32,000 nt of DNA from an uncultured archaeon (lineage in GTDB: Archaea; Micrarchaeota; Micrarchaeia; Micrarchaeales; CABMGC01). Location of the stretch: NCBI GenBank assembly GCA_963704435.1, contig OY969902.1:90001-122000 (forward strand), read 5' to 3'. Position 1 is the first letter of the stretch. Every line of letters starts with the position of its first letter. The notes beneath the pieces were generated by a model, which was not told the DNA's origin, searched no databases, and saw only the letters and a program-made list of their open reading frames with translations. Below, piece after piece: positions 1 through 8,294 of the stretch. Made by a program: the position numbers and the translations under genes.

Positions 1-231
1 TTGGAATAGGTCGCCACATCAAAATCGGGGATGGTGCTTCGATAGGTCTTCTGGACAATAGCGTGGACAGGGATATTGGAGAGATGGAAAGATATCCTCC
101 TTGCAGGCATCTGCTGCGCAAAATCTGAAGCGCCTCAAATAAATGCTGTCTGCATCCCCTGCGCAAGTGGCAAGATTGCTGCAAATAGATAAATACGGGG
201 CGGATAATATCAAAAGCACTGGGACGATGCG

Positions 232-762
232 ATGGCAACGAAAACAAATCAAAACACCAGAGCTCTGGCTAACGTTCTGATTGAAAGGGCCGAGCTGTGG
301 CATATGTTCAAGGGGAATCAGGAAATATTTATCGCGGAATTGGGAACTACTGGAAAAATGAAGCGGTTTGAGGATTCTGTCCATTACGACAAGCCATGCG
401 AGCACGAAGGCAGCATCAACATCGGAAAGGGTACGGAGATCGGCGCGCGTGTGGCGATAGGCTCGAACGTTTCCATAGGCAAAAACGTGCGTATCGGAGA
501 AGGTGCGGTGATTTGCGATGGCGTGACAATAGGCAGCGGGGCGACGATCGGCGCAGCCGCATTCCTAGGATATTCTTCGATAGCCAATAAGGATTCCTCC
601 ATTGGCGCACTCGTCAGATTCGGGCGTTTTGCGGTATTATACGAAGGCTGCCGCGTGGGGGACGGCGCTCAGATAGGTTATCATGCGCTAGTGCGCGAGG
701 ATGTGGCCTCGCTGGGATGGATTCCTAATAATCATGATTTGCAGCGCAAAACTGAGATCTAA
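232..762 (+). CDS. Left-handed beta-helix (hexapeptide-repeat) protein, possible acyltransferase-like
   Basis: 176 aa ORF with tandem hexapeptide-like repeats (IGKGTEIGARVAIGSNVSIGKNVRIGEGAVICDGVTIGSGATIGAAAFLG). Confidence 0.7.
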   Translation: MATKTNQNTRALANVLIERAELWHMFKGNQEIFIAELGTTGKMKRFEDSVHYDKPCEHEGSINIGKGTEIGARVAIGSNVSIGKNVRIGEGAVICDGVTIGSGATIGAAAFLGYSSIANKDSSIGALVRFGRFAVLYEGCRVGDGAQIGYHALVREDVASLGWIPNNHDLQRKTEI

Positions 763-839
763 AGTGCCATTTATTCTGGCAACATTTAAATCTTCCAAAA
801 ATTAAGGAGCATCTGTGATTCTTGGTTCTGGGTGAAGAA

Positions 840-1586
840 ATGGTACAAATAGCAAAATATGAGAGAAGCGTGATCCCTGCTGTTGATGTAAAGCCCGAGG
901 CGTTTACTAATCAGAAAGTTTCGCCTATGGACACATTTAAGAGTTTGGTAGAGCAGACGCATGATGTGGAAGGTATCGGAGGCTACAAAATTGGCGCGGC
1001 ATTGACAATCTATTATGGTTTGCCAAAACTGGTTAGAATAGTCAAGCGCTATACCGACCTCCCGGTTATCTTGGACCTTCAGAAAGGAATGACGGACATC
1101 CCTGACACCGGAGTGGGCGTTTTATCCGCAATTAAATCTTCAGGAGCCAGCGGCTTCATAGGCTTCCCTATGTCCGGACCTGCAACGCAAGAAGCCTGGA
1201 CAAAAGCTGCGCAAAATCTCGGGTTGCCAATAATCCTGGGAGGGGAAATGACGCATCCGAAATACAAGCGGAGTGAAGGCGGCTATATCTCTGATGATGC
1301 CTTGTCTGAAATATATCTGTTAGGCGCGAGGATGGGAGTAACCAATTTCGTGGTTCCTGGAACCAAGATTGACAAGATTAACTACTACCGGAGCATACTT
1401 GAGCCGGAGATAAAGGAGCAGATATCCTTCTGGGCCCCGGGATTCGTCACGCAAGGCGGAGTAATTACGGACGCAGCCAAAGCCGCAGGGAGATCATTTC
1501 ATGCCATAGTGGGCAGAGCGATATTCGAGGCTGAAGATATGCATTCCGCCGCGTTAGAGCTGACCAGCCAAATAAAACGTGATTGA
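840..1586 (+). CDS. pyrF: Orotidine 5'-phosphate decarboxylase family protein
   Basis: TIM-barrel OMPDC-like motif VILDLQKGMTDIPDTG and C-terminal APGFVTQGG/HAIVGRAIF; directly abuts pyrE. ATG at 840 preferred over TTG at 822. Confidence 0.75.
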   Translation: MVQIAKYERSVIPAVDVKPEAFTNQKVSPMDTFKSLVEQTHDVEGIGGYKIGAALTIYYGLPKLVRIVKRYTDLPVILDLQKGMTDIPDTGVGVLSAIKSSGASGFIGFPMSGPATQEAWTKAAQNLGLPIILGGEMTHPKYKRSEGGYISDDALSEIYLLGARMGVTNFVVPGTKIDKINYYRSILEPEIKEQISFWAPGFVTQGGVITDAAKAAGRSFHAIVGRAIFEAEDMHSAALELTSQIKRD

Positions 1587-2363
1587 ATGGAAAAACACGC
1601 GCTGCAATTAGAAAAACTTGGAAAAGAAATAACGCAAGGAGCATACCAAGAGGGATTGATAAGAACCTGGTACAGGGACAAGCCTGAAGGTTTTACTCTA
1701 GCAAGCGGCCTGTATAGCCCGCTCTACATTAACTTAAGGTTGATTTCTAGCGTTCCGAGCGGCAGCGCAGAACTTTACAGAAAAGCCGGAGAGGCGGTAG
1801 GACTGATGCTTGAAAATGCAGGTTTCGCGCCTGATGGAAAACATAGACTTGTCGGAGTGGCCATGGCGGGCATACCCCTCGCCAATGCAGTTACATTGAA
1901 CAGGGGAATCCCCTCGCTGTATACTCGAAAACTGCCCGAAGACGTCAAGACCCCGGAAGACGTAGACGCATACATGCACGCGCACGGTCAAAAAGCGCTC
2001 GTCGAAGGGGATTTTGAATCAGGAAACATACTGGCAATCGTGGATGATCTAGTAACCACCTTTGGAAGCAAGGCATTAGCAATAAGTCAGGTAAAGCGGG
2101 AAGCCGAGCAGAGAGGCATTACTGATTTAACTCTAAAGGATATCGTAGTACTGTTCGACAGGGAGCAGGGCGGTGCTCAAAAGGCGGCGGAGATGGGCTA
2201 CACCCTTCATGCGCTGGTTCCTTTCTCAAGCAAGGGCATTCACTGGTTGAAAGACAGTCTGACCCCGGTGGAGTATCGGACAATAGTAGATTACCTGCAA
2301 AATCCAAAGGCATATCAAGACAAAAAAGTGCAGGAGCATCTAAAAAATATGTCTAGGACATAA
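1587..2363 (+). CDS. pyrE: Orotate phosphoribosyltransferase
   Basis: PRPP-binding loop-like motif ILAIVDDLVTTFGSKA, GVAMAGIPLANAV, FTLASGLYSPLYINLRLISS; starts immediately after the upstream TGA. Confidence 0.88.
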   Translation: MEKHALQLEKLGKEITQGAYQEGLIRTWYRDKPEGFTLASGLYSPLYINLRLISSVPSGSAELYRKAGEAVGLMLENAGFAPDGKHRLVGVAMAGIPLANAVTLNRGIPSLYTRKLPEDVKTPEDVDAYMHAHGQKALVEGDFESGNILAIVDDLVTTFGSKALAISQVKREAEQRGITDLTLKDIVVLFDREQGGAQKAAEMGYTLHALVPFSSKGIHWLKDSLTPVEYRTIVDYLQNPKAYQDKKVQEHLKNMSRT

Positions 2364-2477
2364 TCTAGAGCAGGCTTATAAAACGTGAGCACCAATCAAT
2401 GTAGCAGCGCCTGAGTGGCACAATTAAAAACCTTTCAGGCGAAATAAGTAGTATAACAGTTATATCGGCGCGTCCTT

Positions 2478-2900
2478 ATGGCTGAAAAGAACAAGCTACT
2501 CGCAGTGATAAGAGTCCGCGGAACCGTGAAGGTGCGGCACACCATAGCCGAGACGCTAATCCGCCTCAGGCTCAAGCGCGTGAACAACCTCGCGCTCGTG
2601 ACCGCGAGCCCAGGATACAGGGGCATGGTCGACAAGGCCAAGGACTTCGTGACCTTCGGCGAGATAGACGAGAAGACGCTCGCTAAGCTCTTCGAGAGCA
2701 AGGGCATAGAAGCCAAGGCGGCTGACGTGAAATCGCTCATGGAGGGCGAGAAGAACGTGAAGGACCTCGGCATAGCCATGCCGATAAGGATGCACCCTCC
2801 GAAGCACGGCTATGAGGGCATAAAGAGGGGCTACAACCAGGGCGGCGCGCTGGGCAACAGGGGCGCGGACATAAACGAGCTTATAGCTCGCATGCTGTGA
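2478..2900 (+). CDS. rpl30: Large ribosomal subunit protein uL30 (L30)
   Basis: Archaeal L30/L7 pattern: LLAVIRVRGTVKVRHTIAETLIRLRLKRVNNLALV...HPPKHGYEGIKRGYNQGGALGNRG. Confidence 0.93.
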   Translation: MAEKNKLLAVIRVRGTVKVRHTIAETLIRLRLKRVNNLALVTASPGYRGMVDKAKDFVTFGEIDEKTLAKLFESKGIEAKAADVKSLMEGEKNVKDLGIAMPIRMHPPKHGYEGIKRGYNQGGALGNRGADINELIARML

Positions 2901-3304
2901 TAATCGTGGTAGTTCGAGTCAAGAAGAACAGGAAGTACTTCGGAAGCAGGAGCTGGGGCGCGGGCAACATAAAGAACGCCAGGGGCGCCGGCGACCGCGG
3001 AGGGGTCGGCCGCGGCGGAAGGAAGCACAAGATGTCCTACTACTGGGTCTACGACCGCGAGAGCACCCACAGCGAGGTGGGGTTCGTGCCCTACAGGAGG
3101 AAGAGGCTCGGCGAGATCGACCTCGGCGAGATATCCAAGCGCGCCGAGAAGGCCGGCGGGCACAAGCCTGTGCTGGAGCTGAAGGGCTACAAGGTCCTCG
3201 GCGACGGCAAGCTGTCTGCGGCCGTCGTCGTGAAGGCCAGCGGCTTCACCAAGACCGCCCACAGGAAGATAACCGAGGCCGGCGGAGAAGCGGTCAAGCT
3301 CTGA
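2897..3304 (+). CDS. rpl15: Large ribosomal subunit protein uL15 (L15)
   Basis: Basic Gly-rich N-terminus GSRSWGAGNIKNARGAGDRGGVGRGGRKHK and C-terminal VVVKASGFTKTAHRKITEAGGEA; overlaps uL30 by 4 nt; GTG start at 2897 or 2906. Confidence 0.9.
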   Translation: MIIVVVRVKKNRKYFGSRSWGAGNIKNARGAGDRGGVGRGGRKHKMSYYWVYDRESTHSEVGFVPYRRKRLGEIDLGEISKRAEKAGGHKPVLELKGYKVLGDGKLSAAVVVKASGFTKTAHRKITEAGGEAVKL

Positions 3305-3371
3305 ACTGCCGCCACAGCGGCATAATACTTATTTGCTTACAGTCTATTCCACTGCGGTCACGAGTGTTGGG

Positions 3372-4529
3372 ATGCGGCGTTACAACATTGCTTTCTACTC
3401 CGATACGTACCTCCCTGCGACGGACGGCGTCGTGACCTCGATGCTCGACTTCAGGAAGGAGCTCGAGAGGCGCGGGCACAGGGTCTTCATATTCGCGAGC
3501 CGGCGCGGCATCGCCCGGAATGGCGCCTCCCCCGAAAAGGACGTGTTCCTCTATCCCGGCGTGGGCTTCAAGCCGTACCCGCAGTACAGCGTCGCCGTGT
3601 TCCCTTTCTATTCGCTGCTCAAGCAGAGGTCCATCGACATCGACATAGTGCACGCCCAGACGCCATTCATCATGGGCATCAACGGGATGCTCATGGCCAA
3701 GCTGGGCAAGTACCCGCTCGTGGGCTCCTTCCACACGATGGTAAACAGCAAGGCGCTTGAGGCGTACTACCCCAGGAACAGGGCGCTCAAGAGGTTCACA
3801 TCGACCTACCTGTGGAAGTACACGAAGTTCTTCTACAGGAAGTGCGATCTTACGATAGCGCCGTCGCATGCGATAGAGGACCTGCTCGAGCGCCACGGGA
3901 TAAACGACACCGCATTGGTCCCGAACGGCGTCGACCTTAAGCGGTTCAATCGCCGCATCCGCGGCGATGGCGTGCGGAGGAGGCTCGGCATAAAGGACAG
4001 CGATAAGGTCGTGCTCTACCTCGGCAGGATCAGCAGGGAGAAGAAGATCGAGGTGATGCTCCGCGCCGCGAAGAGGGTGCTGCGCTCCAGGAAGGACGTC
4101 GTCTTCGTCATAGGCGGGGCGGGGCCCGCGCAGGACTACTACAGGCGCATGGCGCGCCGCCTCGGAGTTCTGGACAGGGTCAGGTTCACCGGGTTCGTGG
4201 AGGGCAAGGCGCTGCCAGGCCTGTACGCGTCGAGCGATGCGCTCTGCCTCCCGTCGACGTTCGAGACCCAGGGGATCGTCTCGCTAGAGGCGATGGCGTT
4301 GGGCAAGCCGGTGGTCGGCGCGGACTACCTTGCGCTGCGCGAGATAATACAGAACGGCAGGAACGGGGAGAGGTTCGCGGCGGGAGACGACGCGGGCTGC
4401 GCCAGGAAGATAGAAAAGGTTTTAAATAATTGCGGGGCTTATACAAAGGATGCAGTCAGCACTGCACGCAAGTTCTCAGTGGAGAAGGCAACTGACAGGC
4501 TGCTGAAGGCTTATGATTCTGTATTCTAG
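3372..4529 (+). CDS. GT4-family (GT-B) glycosyltransferase
   Basis: MRRYNIAFYSDTYLPATDGVVTSM, LVGSFHTM, VPNGVDLKRF, LYLGRISREKKIEVML, PSTFETQGIVSLEAMALGKPVVG. Confidence 0.9.
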   Translation: MRRYNIAFYSDTYLPATDGVVTSMLDFRKELERRGHRVFIFASRRGIARNGASPEKDVFLYPGVGFKPYPQYSVAVFPFYSLLKQRSIDIDIVHAQTPFIMGINGMLMAKLGKYPLVGSFHTMVNSKALEAYYPRNRALKRFTSTYLWKYTKFFYRKCDLTIAPSHAIEDLLERHGINDTALVPNGVDLKRFNRRIRGDGVRRRLGIKDSDKVVLYLGRISREKKIEVMLRAAKRVLRSRKDVVFVIGGAGPAQDYYRRMARRLGVLDRVRFTGFVEGKALPGLYASSDALCLPSTFETQGIVSLEAMALGKPVVGADYLALREIIQNGRNGERFAAGDDAGCARKIEKVLNNCGAYTKDAVSTARKFSVEKATDRLLKAYDSVF

Positions 4530-4631
4530 AAGGTCGTTTAACTGAGCGGAGAACAAACCAACGAAATCAAGGAAGGTAGCAGTGCGGCGGGAGCGCCTAC
4601 GCCCGCGCCGGAAGGCGCGCCCCAGACCGGG

Positions 4632-5204
4632 ATGCAGCTGCTCAGGACCCAGATAGCCGAGGAGAAGGCGAAGCGCGCCGACCTCGTGGGTCAGTTCAAC
4701 AGGGTCAGGAACAAGCTCAGGTACAAGCAGGTGGAGCATGAGGCGCTGGCCAGGCTGCTCGCATCCGCGCCGCAGGAGGGGGGCCACAACGTAGGCCGCC
4801 TGAGGAGGATGAAGGAGAGCATAGAGTTCAGGATCGCCACGGAAGCCACGACCCTCAATGCCGAGAGGGAGCTGATAAAGCACCTGGGCGAGGTGAACGG
4901 CGAGCTCGAGGAGGCGCTCAAGGCCTACAGGTCCAGGAGGAAGTCCGAGCTGGTGGCCAAGGACATAGAGGAGCTCAAGCAGAGGTTCGACGAGCTCAGG
5001 AAGCAGATAGCGGAGTCCGACGGCAGGCTCGACGGCCTCTACGGCCGCCTGCGCGAGGAGACCGGGTGGGGCGACAACAGGTCGTCGTCAGCGGCCAAGA
5101 AGAAGCACGTGAAGCAGCAGGAGCCTCTGGAGATAAGCCTCGAGGACATCGCCACGATAAAGAGCAAGAAGCACAACGGCGACGAGAAGACTGACGGTGT
5201 TTGA
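4632..5204 (+). CDS. Coiled-coil protein of unknown function
   Basis: Long heptad-like charged helices, high-GC codon usage, stop codon directly followed by the start of the next gene; true start may lie upstream (4550-4632). Confidence 0.6.
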   Translation: MQLLRTQIAEEKAKRADLVGQFNRVRNKLRYKQVEHEALARLLASAPQEGGHNVGRLRRMKESIEFRIATEATTLNAERELIKHLGEVNGELEEALKAYRSRRKSELVAKDIEELKQRFDELRKQIAESDGRLDGLYGRLREETGWGDNRSSSAAKKKHVKQQEPLEISLEDIATIKSKKHNGDEKTDGV

Positions 5205-6520
5205 TTGAGGATAACCTTCTACGGAGCGGCCGGGGAGGTCGGCCGGAGCTTCGTGCTCATAGAGAGCGGCGACACCAGGGTGGCGCTCGACGCGGGGGTG
5301 AAGCTCGGGGAGGTCGAGGAGCACCCGACCATAGACGACGCTGACCTCAAGGGCATCGACGGCGTCATACTCTCGCACGCGCACCTGGACCACTGCGGCT
5401 ACGTGCCGCACCTGTACGCCAGCGGCTACACGGGCTACCTCTACGCGACCAAGCCCACGCTGGAGCTGCTCAACGTGGTCATGACCGACTACGTCAACAT
5501 CTCGAAGCCGAAGGACGTCACGAAGGAGAGCCTGCAGAAGGTCGTCCAGCACTTCAGGATAGAGGAGTATTTCAAGGAGTTCAAGATAAAGGGAATGACG
5601 ATACGGCTGCTTCCGGCGGGGCACATACTCGGGAGCGCGATGATAGAGGTCAGCGACGGCAAGGAAAAGCTCCTCTACACCGGCGACATAAATCTCAAGA
5701 CGACGAAGCTGCTTGACGCGGCTTACACCGCGGACCTGAACGCCAACATACTGATAACGGAGAGCACGTACGGGGGGAAGAGCGACACGTTCCAGCCCGA
5801 GAAGGTCGTGCTAGGCAAGATGGTGGCGGACCTGAACGAGACGCTCAAGGCCGGGGGAAAAGTGATAATGCCGGTCTTCGCCGTAGGGAGGGCGCAGGAG
5901 GTGCTCTTCATACTTGACGACTACATAAGGTCAGGCGTGCTCCCGAAGGTGCCGATATACGTCGATGGCATGGTCAACAAGGTCGTGCGCATCTACAGGC
6001 ACAACGTCATATGCTGCAAGGAAGAGGTGCAGAAGCGCATACTCATGAGCGAGGACGATCCGTTCAAGAGCAAGAATTTCTACGTCGTGGGCGGAAGGCA
6101 GCAGAGGGCGAAGGTCCTCAAGGAGACGGGCGCGTGCATAGTGGTCACGACCAGCGGAATGCTCAAGGGCGGCCCGGTCGTCAAGTACCTAGAGAAGTTC
6201 GCGGGCGACTCAAACAACAAGATGATACTGGTCGGATACCAGGCGGTGGGCACGCCGGGAAGGGCGCTCAGGCCGGCACCAAGGAGATAGAGATAGGCGA
6301 TTCCAAGAAGAAGATAAAGATCGGGATGAAGGTGGCGTTCTACCACTTCTCTGCTCACGCGGACAGGCCGCAACTCCTCAAGCTGATAAGCAAGGTGAAG
6401 GGACTGAAGACCATATTCATAGACCACGGCGAGGAGAACAAGTCGCGCGAGTTCTACGACGAGCTGAAGCAGAAGTACGACGTCAGGCTTCCTGTCCTGT
6501 CGACCCCGTACGACGTGTGA
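5205..6520 (+). CDS. Beta-CASP metallo-beta-lactamase ribonuclease (aCPSF2-like), interrupted by a -1 frameshift at about 6255-6290
   Basis: TTG start; HxHxDH motif SHAHLDHCGYVPH, GHILGSAMIEV, TGDINLKT, ITESTYGGK, TTSGMLKGGP in frame 5205..6290; the remainder YHFSAHADRPQLLKL...IDHGEE...PVLSTPYDV continues in the frame of ORF 6011..6520 and matches the C-terminus of the paralog at 11691. Confidence 0.85.
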
Positions 6521-6541
6521 GTTCAGATGCCCGCTGCAAAT

Positions 6542-6552
6542 CGGGCTTAATA
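6542..6552 (+). repeat. 11-bp direct repeat CGGGCTTAATA (left copy)
   Basis: Exact match to 11447-11457; possible target-site duplication. Confidence 0.6.
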
Positions 6553-6556
6553 GAGG

Positions 6557-6604
6557 TTGTTCACAAAGTCAGACTTTTTAAACACATTCGGGACTTTTTA
6601 AACA
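6557..6604 (+). repeat. Left-end repeat cluster: one inverted-like copy (TTGTTCACAAAGTC) and two GACTTTTTAAACA copies
   Basis: 6557-6570 TTGTTCACAAAGTC; 6572-6584 and 6592-6604 GACTTTTTAAACA (20-bp period). Confidence 0.7.
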
Positions 6605-7377
6605 CTTTTTTGCACTATTGGCGGATAGAAAAGAGAGATTATTAAAAAGTGATTCCACCTACTTTCAGTTCCAACAACAAAGTAAATATCTCTCTGTTGC
6701 ATCCAATCAAAATATCTATCACGTACCTTTCCAAAAGCGAGTTCGTCATTTCCAAGTTTTGCTCTTTCTGTCCTAAAAAGTTGTATCATTTCCCAATCTT
6801 CGCACATCAAATCGTGTCCACTGCATCTTTCATCGTTACAAGTAAAGCGATAACCCATCCAATAGGGTATTTTGTCTAAAGGAGATTTATATTGTTCTCC
6901 AAAGAGCATCTTCTGGGTTCCTTCTATTAGTTCCTTCTCCCAATCTCTGCAACTCTCAATTGGTTTTTTGTAGAAGTCAATAATCTTGGGCTTAATAATT
7001 CCTATTGTCTGCCTTTGCGAATCTCTTAGGTCTTCTAATTCCTCAATAGATTGATTCAGCTTAGGCAGAAGTAACCCTTTTCTATTGTCCCATTCAGGAC
7101 TTTTAAAAGAAGCCAATACCCTTATCGTTTTATCTATTACTTTGTGGCTTTCCTGTCTAAGGTATTTATCTTTGTGCGGTTCGGCCTCAACTTCTATGAC
7201 GTCAAATTTCTTGAAATGTTTATCCATAGGTAGTTTTCTATACATTATAGGAAACATTCGTATCCATTCATTAGTATCGAGATTTATGCCAGCTACACAA
7301 ACAGTCTCCTCATATTTTTCACTAAGGTTTGGATATGTTTTCGCTATTATTGCGATTTTCTTTTTTTGATATGTCAT
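6598..7377 (-). CDS. Uncharacterised protein with Cys/His-rich C-terminal motif, encoded with the DUF488 protein
   Basis: 259 aa; KKKIAIIAKTYPNLSEKYEETVCVAGI..., TCNDERCSGHDLMCEDWEM; 4-nt overlap with the upstream DUF488 gene (7374-7377). Confidence 0.8.
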   Translation of the reverse strand: MTYQKKKIAIIAKTYPNLSEKYEETVCVAGINLDTNEWIRMFPIMYRKLPMDKHFKKFDVIEVEAEPHKDKYLRQESHKVIDKTIRVLASFKSPEWDNRKGLLLPKLNQSIEELEDLRDSQRQTIGIIKPKIIDFYKKPIESCRDWEKELIEGTQKMLFGEQYKSPLDKIPYWMGYRFTCNDERCSGHDLMCEDWEMIQLFRTERAKLGNDELAFGKVRDRYFDWMQQRDIYFVVGTESRWNHFLIISLFYPPIVQKSV

Positions 7378-8174
7378 AAATCTATTACCTTAAATCCATC
7401 TTCGATGAGCCTTTTCTTAATTATGCTTCTATGACATTTTGTTATGTCCTTTTCAAAACACATAATTACTGTGGGTCTGACGTGGGCTAATCCTTCAAGA
7501 TCAGTCAAATACTCTTTTGCTTGTGGGGAGGAAAGCCATTTTGAATAATTTTCAAAAAACTCCTCGTAATTCCCTTCATTCCAAAGTTTATGCCGAAGTT
7601 CCCTTGGAGAACCTAATTCTTGAAAATGCCGATACACTATACCCTTTTCTTTCAAAGCGGTACTAAGTGCGGATTTTGAGTAGCCATTCTTCCTACTTAG
7701 TGCCAATTCCCTAACATCTATCAGGCATCCTATTTGATGCTCTTTCAAAATTTGAATGAGTTCTTGTAATTTTTTACCCTCGTAACCTATCGTAAATATC
7801 GTTACGCCCTTCTTTTCGAGGTACCAGTAGGTTGTGGCACCTTCTTTGCGTCTTTTGAGGCCGATTTCATTTTCTAATTGAGTTACCCATTTATTGTTAG
7901 GTACTGTCTGTTCCATATTTAGTTTTTTCCTAATTTCTTGCCAAGTAAATCCAGACTCTCGCGCGTTAAGAAGTTCCGTTAATTTTGACTTAAACTCAGT
8001 ATAGCTCAGGTCATACGTTTTCTTTACCAACAAACCTTCCGTAGTTATTTCTGTATTTAGGATTTCGCCTTCTTTCCATTTTAGCTTCTCTACCTCTTCA
8101 GGCGGAACTGTAAGTATCCACTTTGCATATTCCTTTCCCTTTAATTTGCGGGTAAGATGTCTTTGTAAGCGCAT
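7374..8174 (-). CDS. AbrB-like N-terminus + middle helical/wHTH-like segment + C-terminal DUF488 domain
   Basis: DUF488 signature-like TIFTIGYEGKKLQELIQILKEHQIGCLIDVR...FQELGSPRELR...VIMCFEKDITKCHR; N-terminal KWILTVPPEEVEKLKWKEGEILNTEITTEGLLVKK resembles AbrB/SpoVT. Confidence 0.85.
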   Translation of the reverse strand: MRLQRHLTRKLKGKEYAKWILTVPPEEVEKLKWKEGEILNTEITTEGLLVKKTYDLSYTEFKSKLTELLNARESGFTWQEIRKKLNMEQTVPNNKWVTQLENEIGLKRRKEGATTYWYLEKKGVTIFTIGYEGKKLQELIQILKEHQIGCLIDVRELALSRKNGYSKSALSTALKEKGIVYRHFQELGSPRELRHKLWNEGNYEEFFENYSKWLSSPQAKEYLTDLEGLAHVRPTVIMCFEKDITKCHRSIIKKRLIEDGFKVIDL

Positions 8175-8183
8175 GATTTCTAT

Positions 8184-8273
8184 TTAGGCGCCTAAATGTT
8201 TATATATCTTCCTATTAGGCGCCTAAACCTATTTATATCTTTAGGCACCTAATAATATTTGTTAGGCGCCTAA
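8184..8273. promoter_or_regulatory. Array of four 12-bp palindromes TTAGGCGCCTAA in a divergent promoter region
   Basis: Copies at 8184-8195, 8215-8226, 8241-8252 (TTAGGCACCTAA, one mismatch) and 8262-8273; start-to-start spacings 31, 26, 21 bp; interleaved with TATA-like sequences. Confidence 0.85.
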
Positions 8274-8294
8274 CAAATAGGACAGTGTATAAGT

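Noticed and set aside
19-405. 128 aa ORF at the window start
   Set aside because: Minus-strand ORF overlapping the start of the hexapeptide-repeat gene, with no recognisable domain and atypical composition.
6011-6520. ORF 6011..6520 as an independent gene
   Set aside because: Its first part is an out-of-frame translation of the beta-CASP gene; only the segment after about 6260 is conserved, and it is the missing C-terminus of that gene.
8184-8273. CRISPR-like array
   Set aside because: Units are only 12-bp palindromes with 9-19-bp gaps between divergent start codons; spacing and unit size fit operators, not repeats/spacers. No CRISPR array or cas gene was seen in the window.
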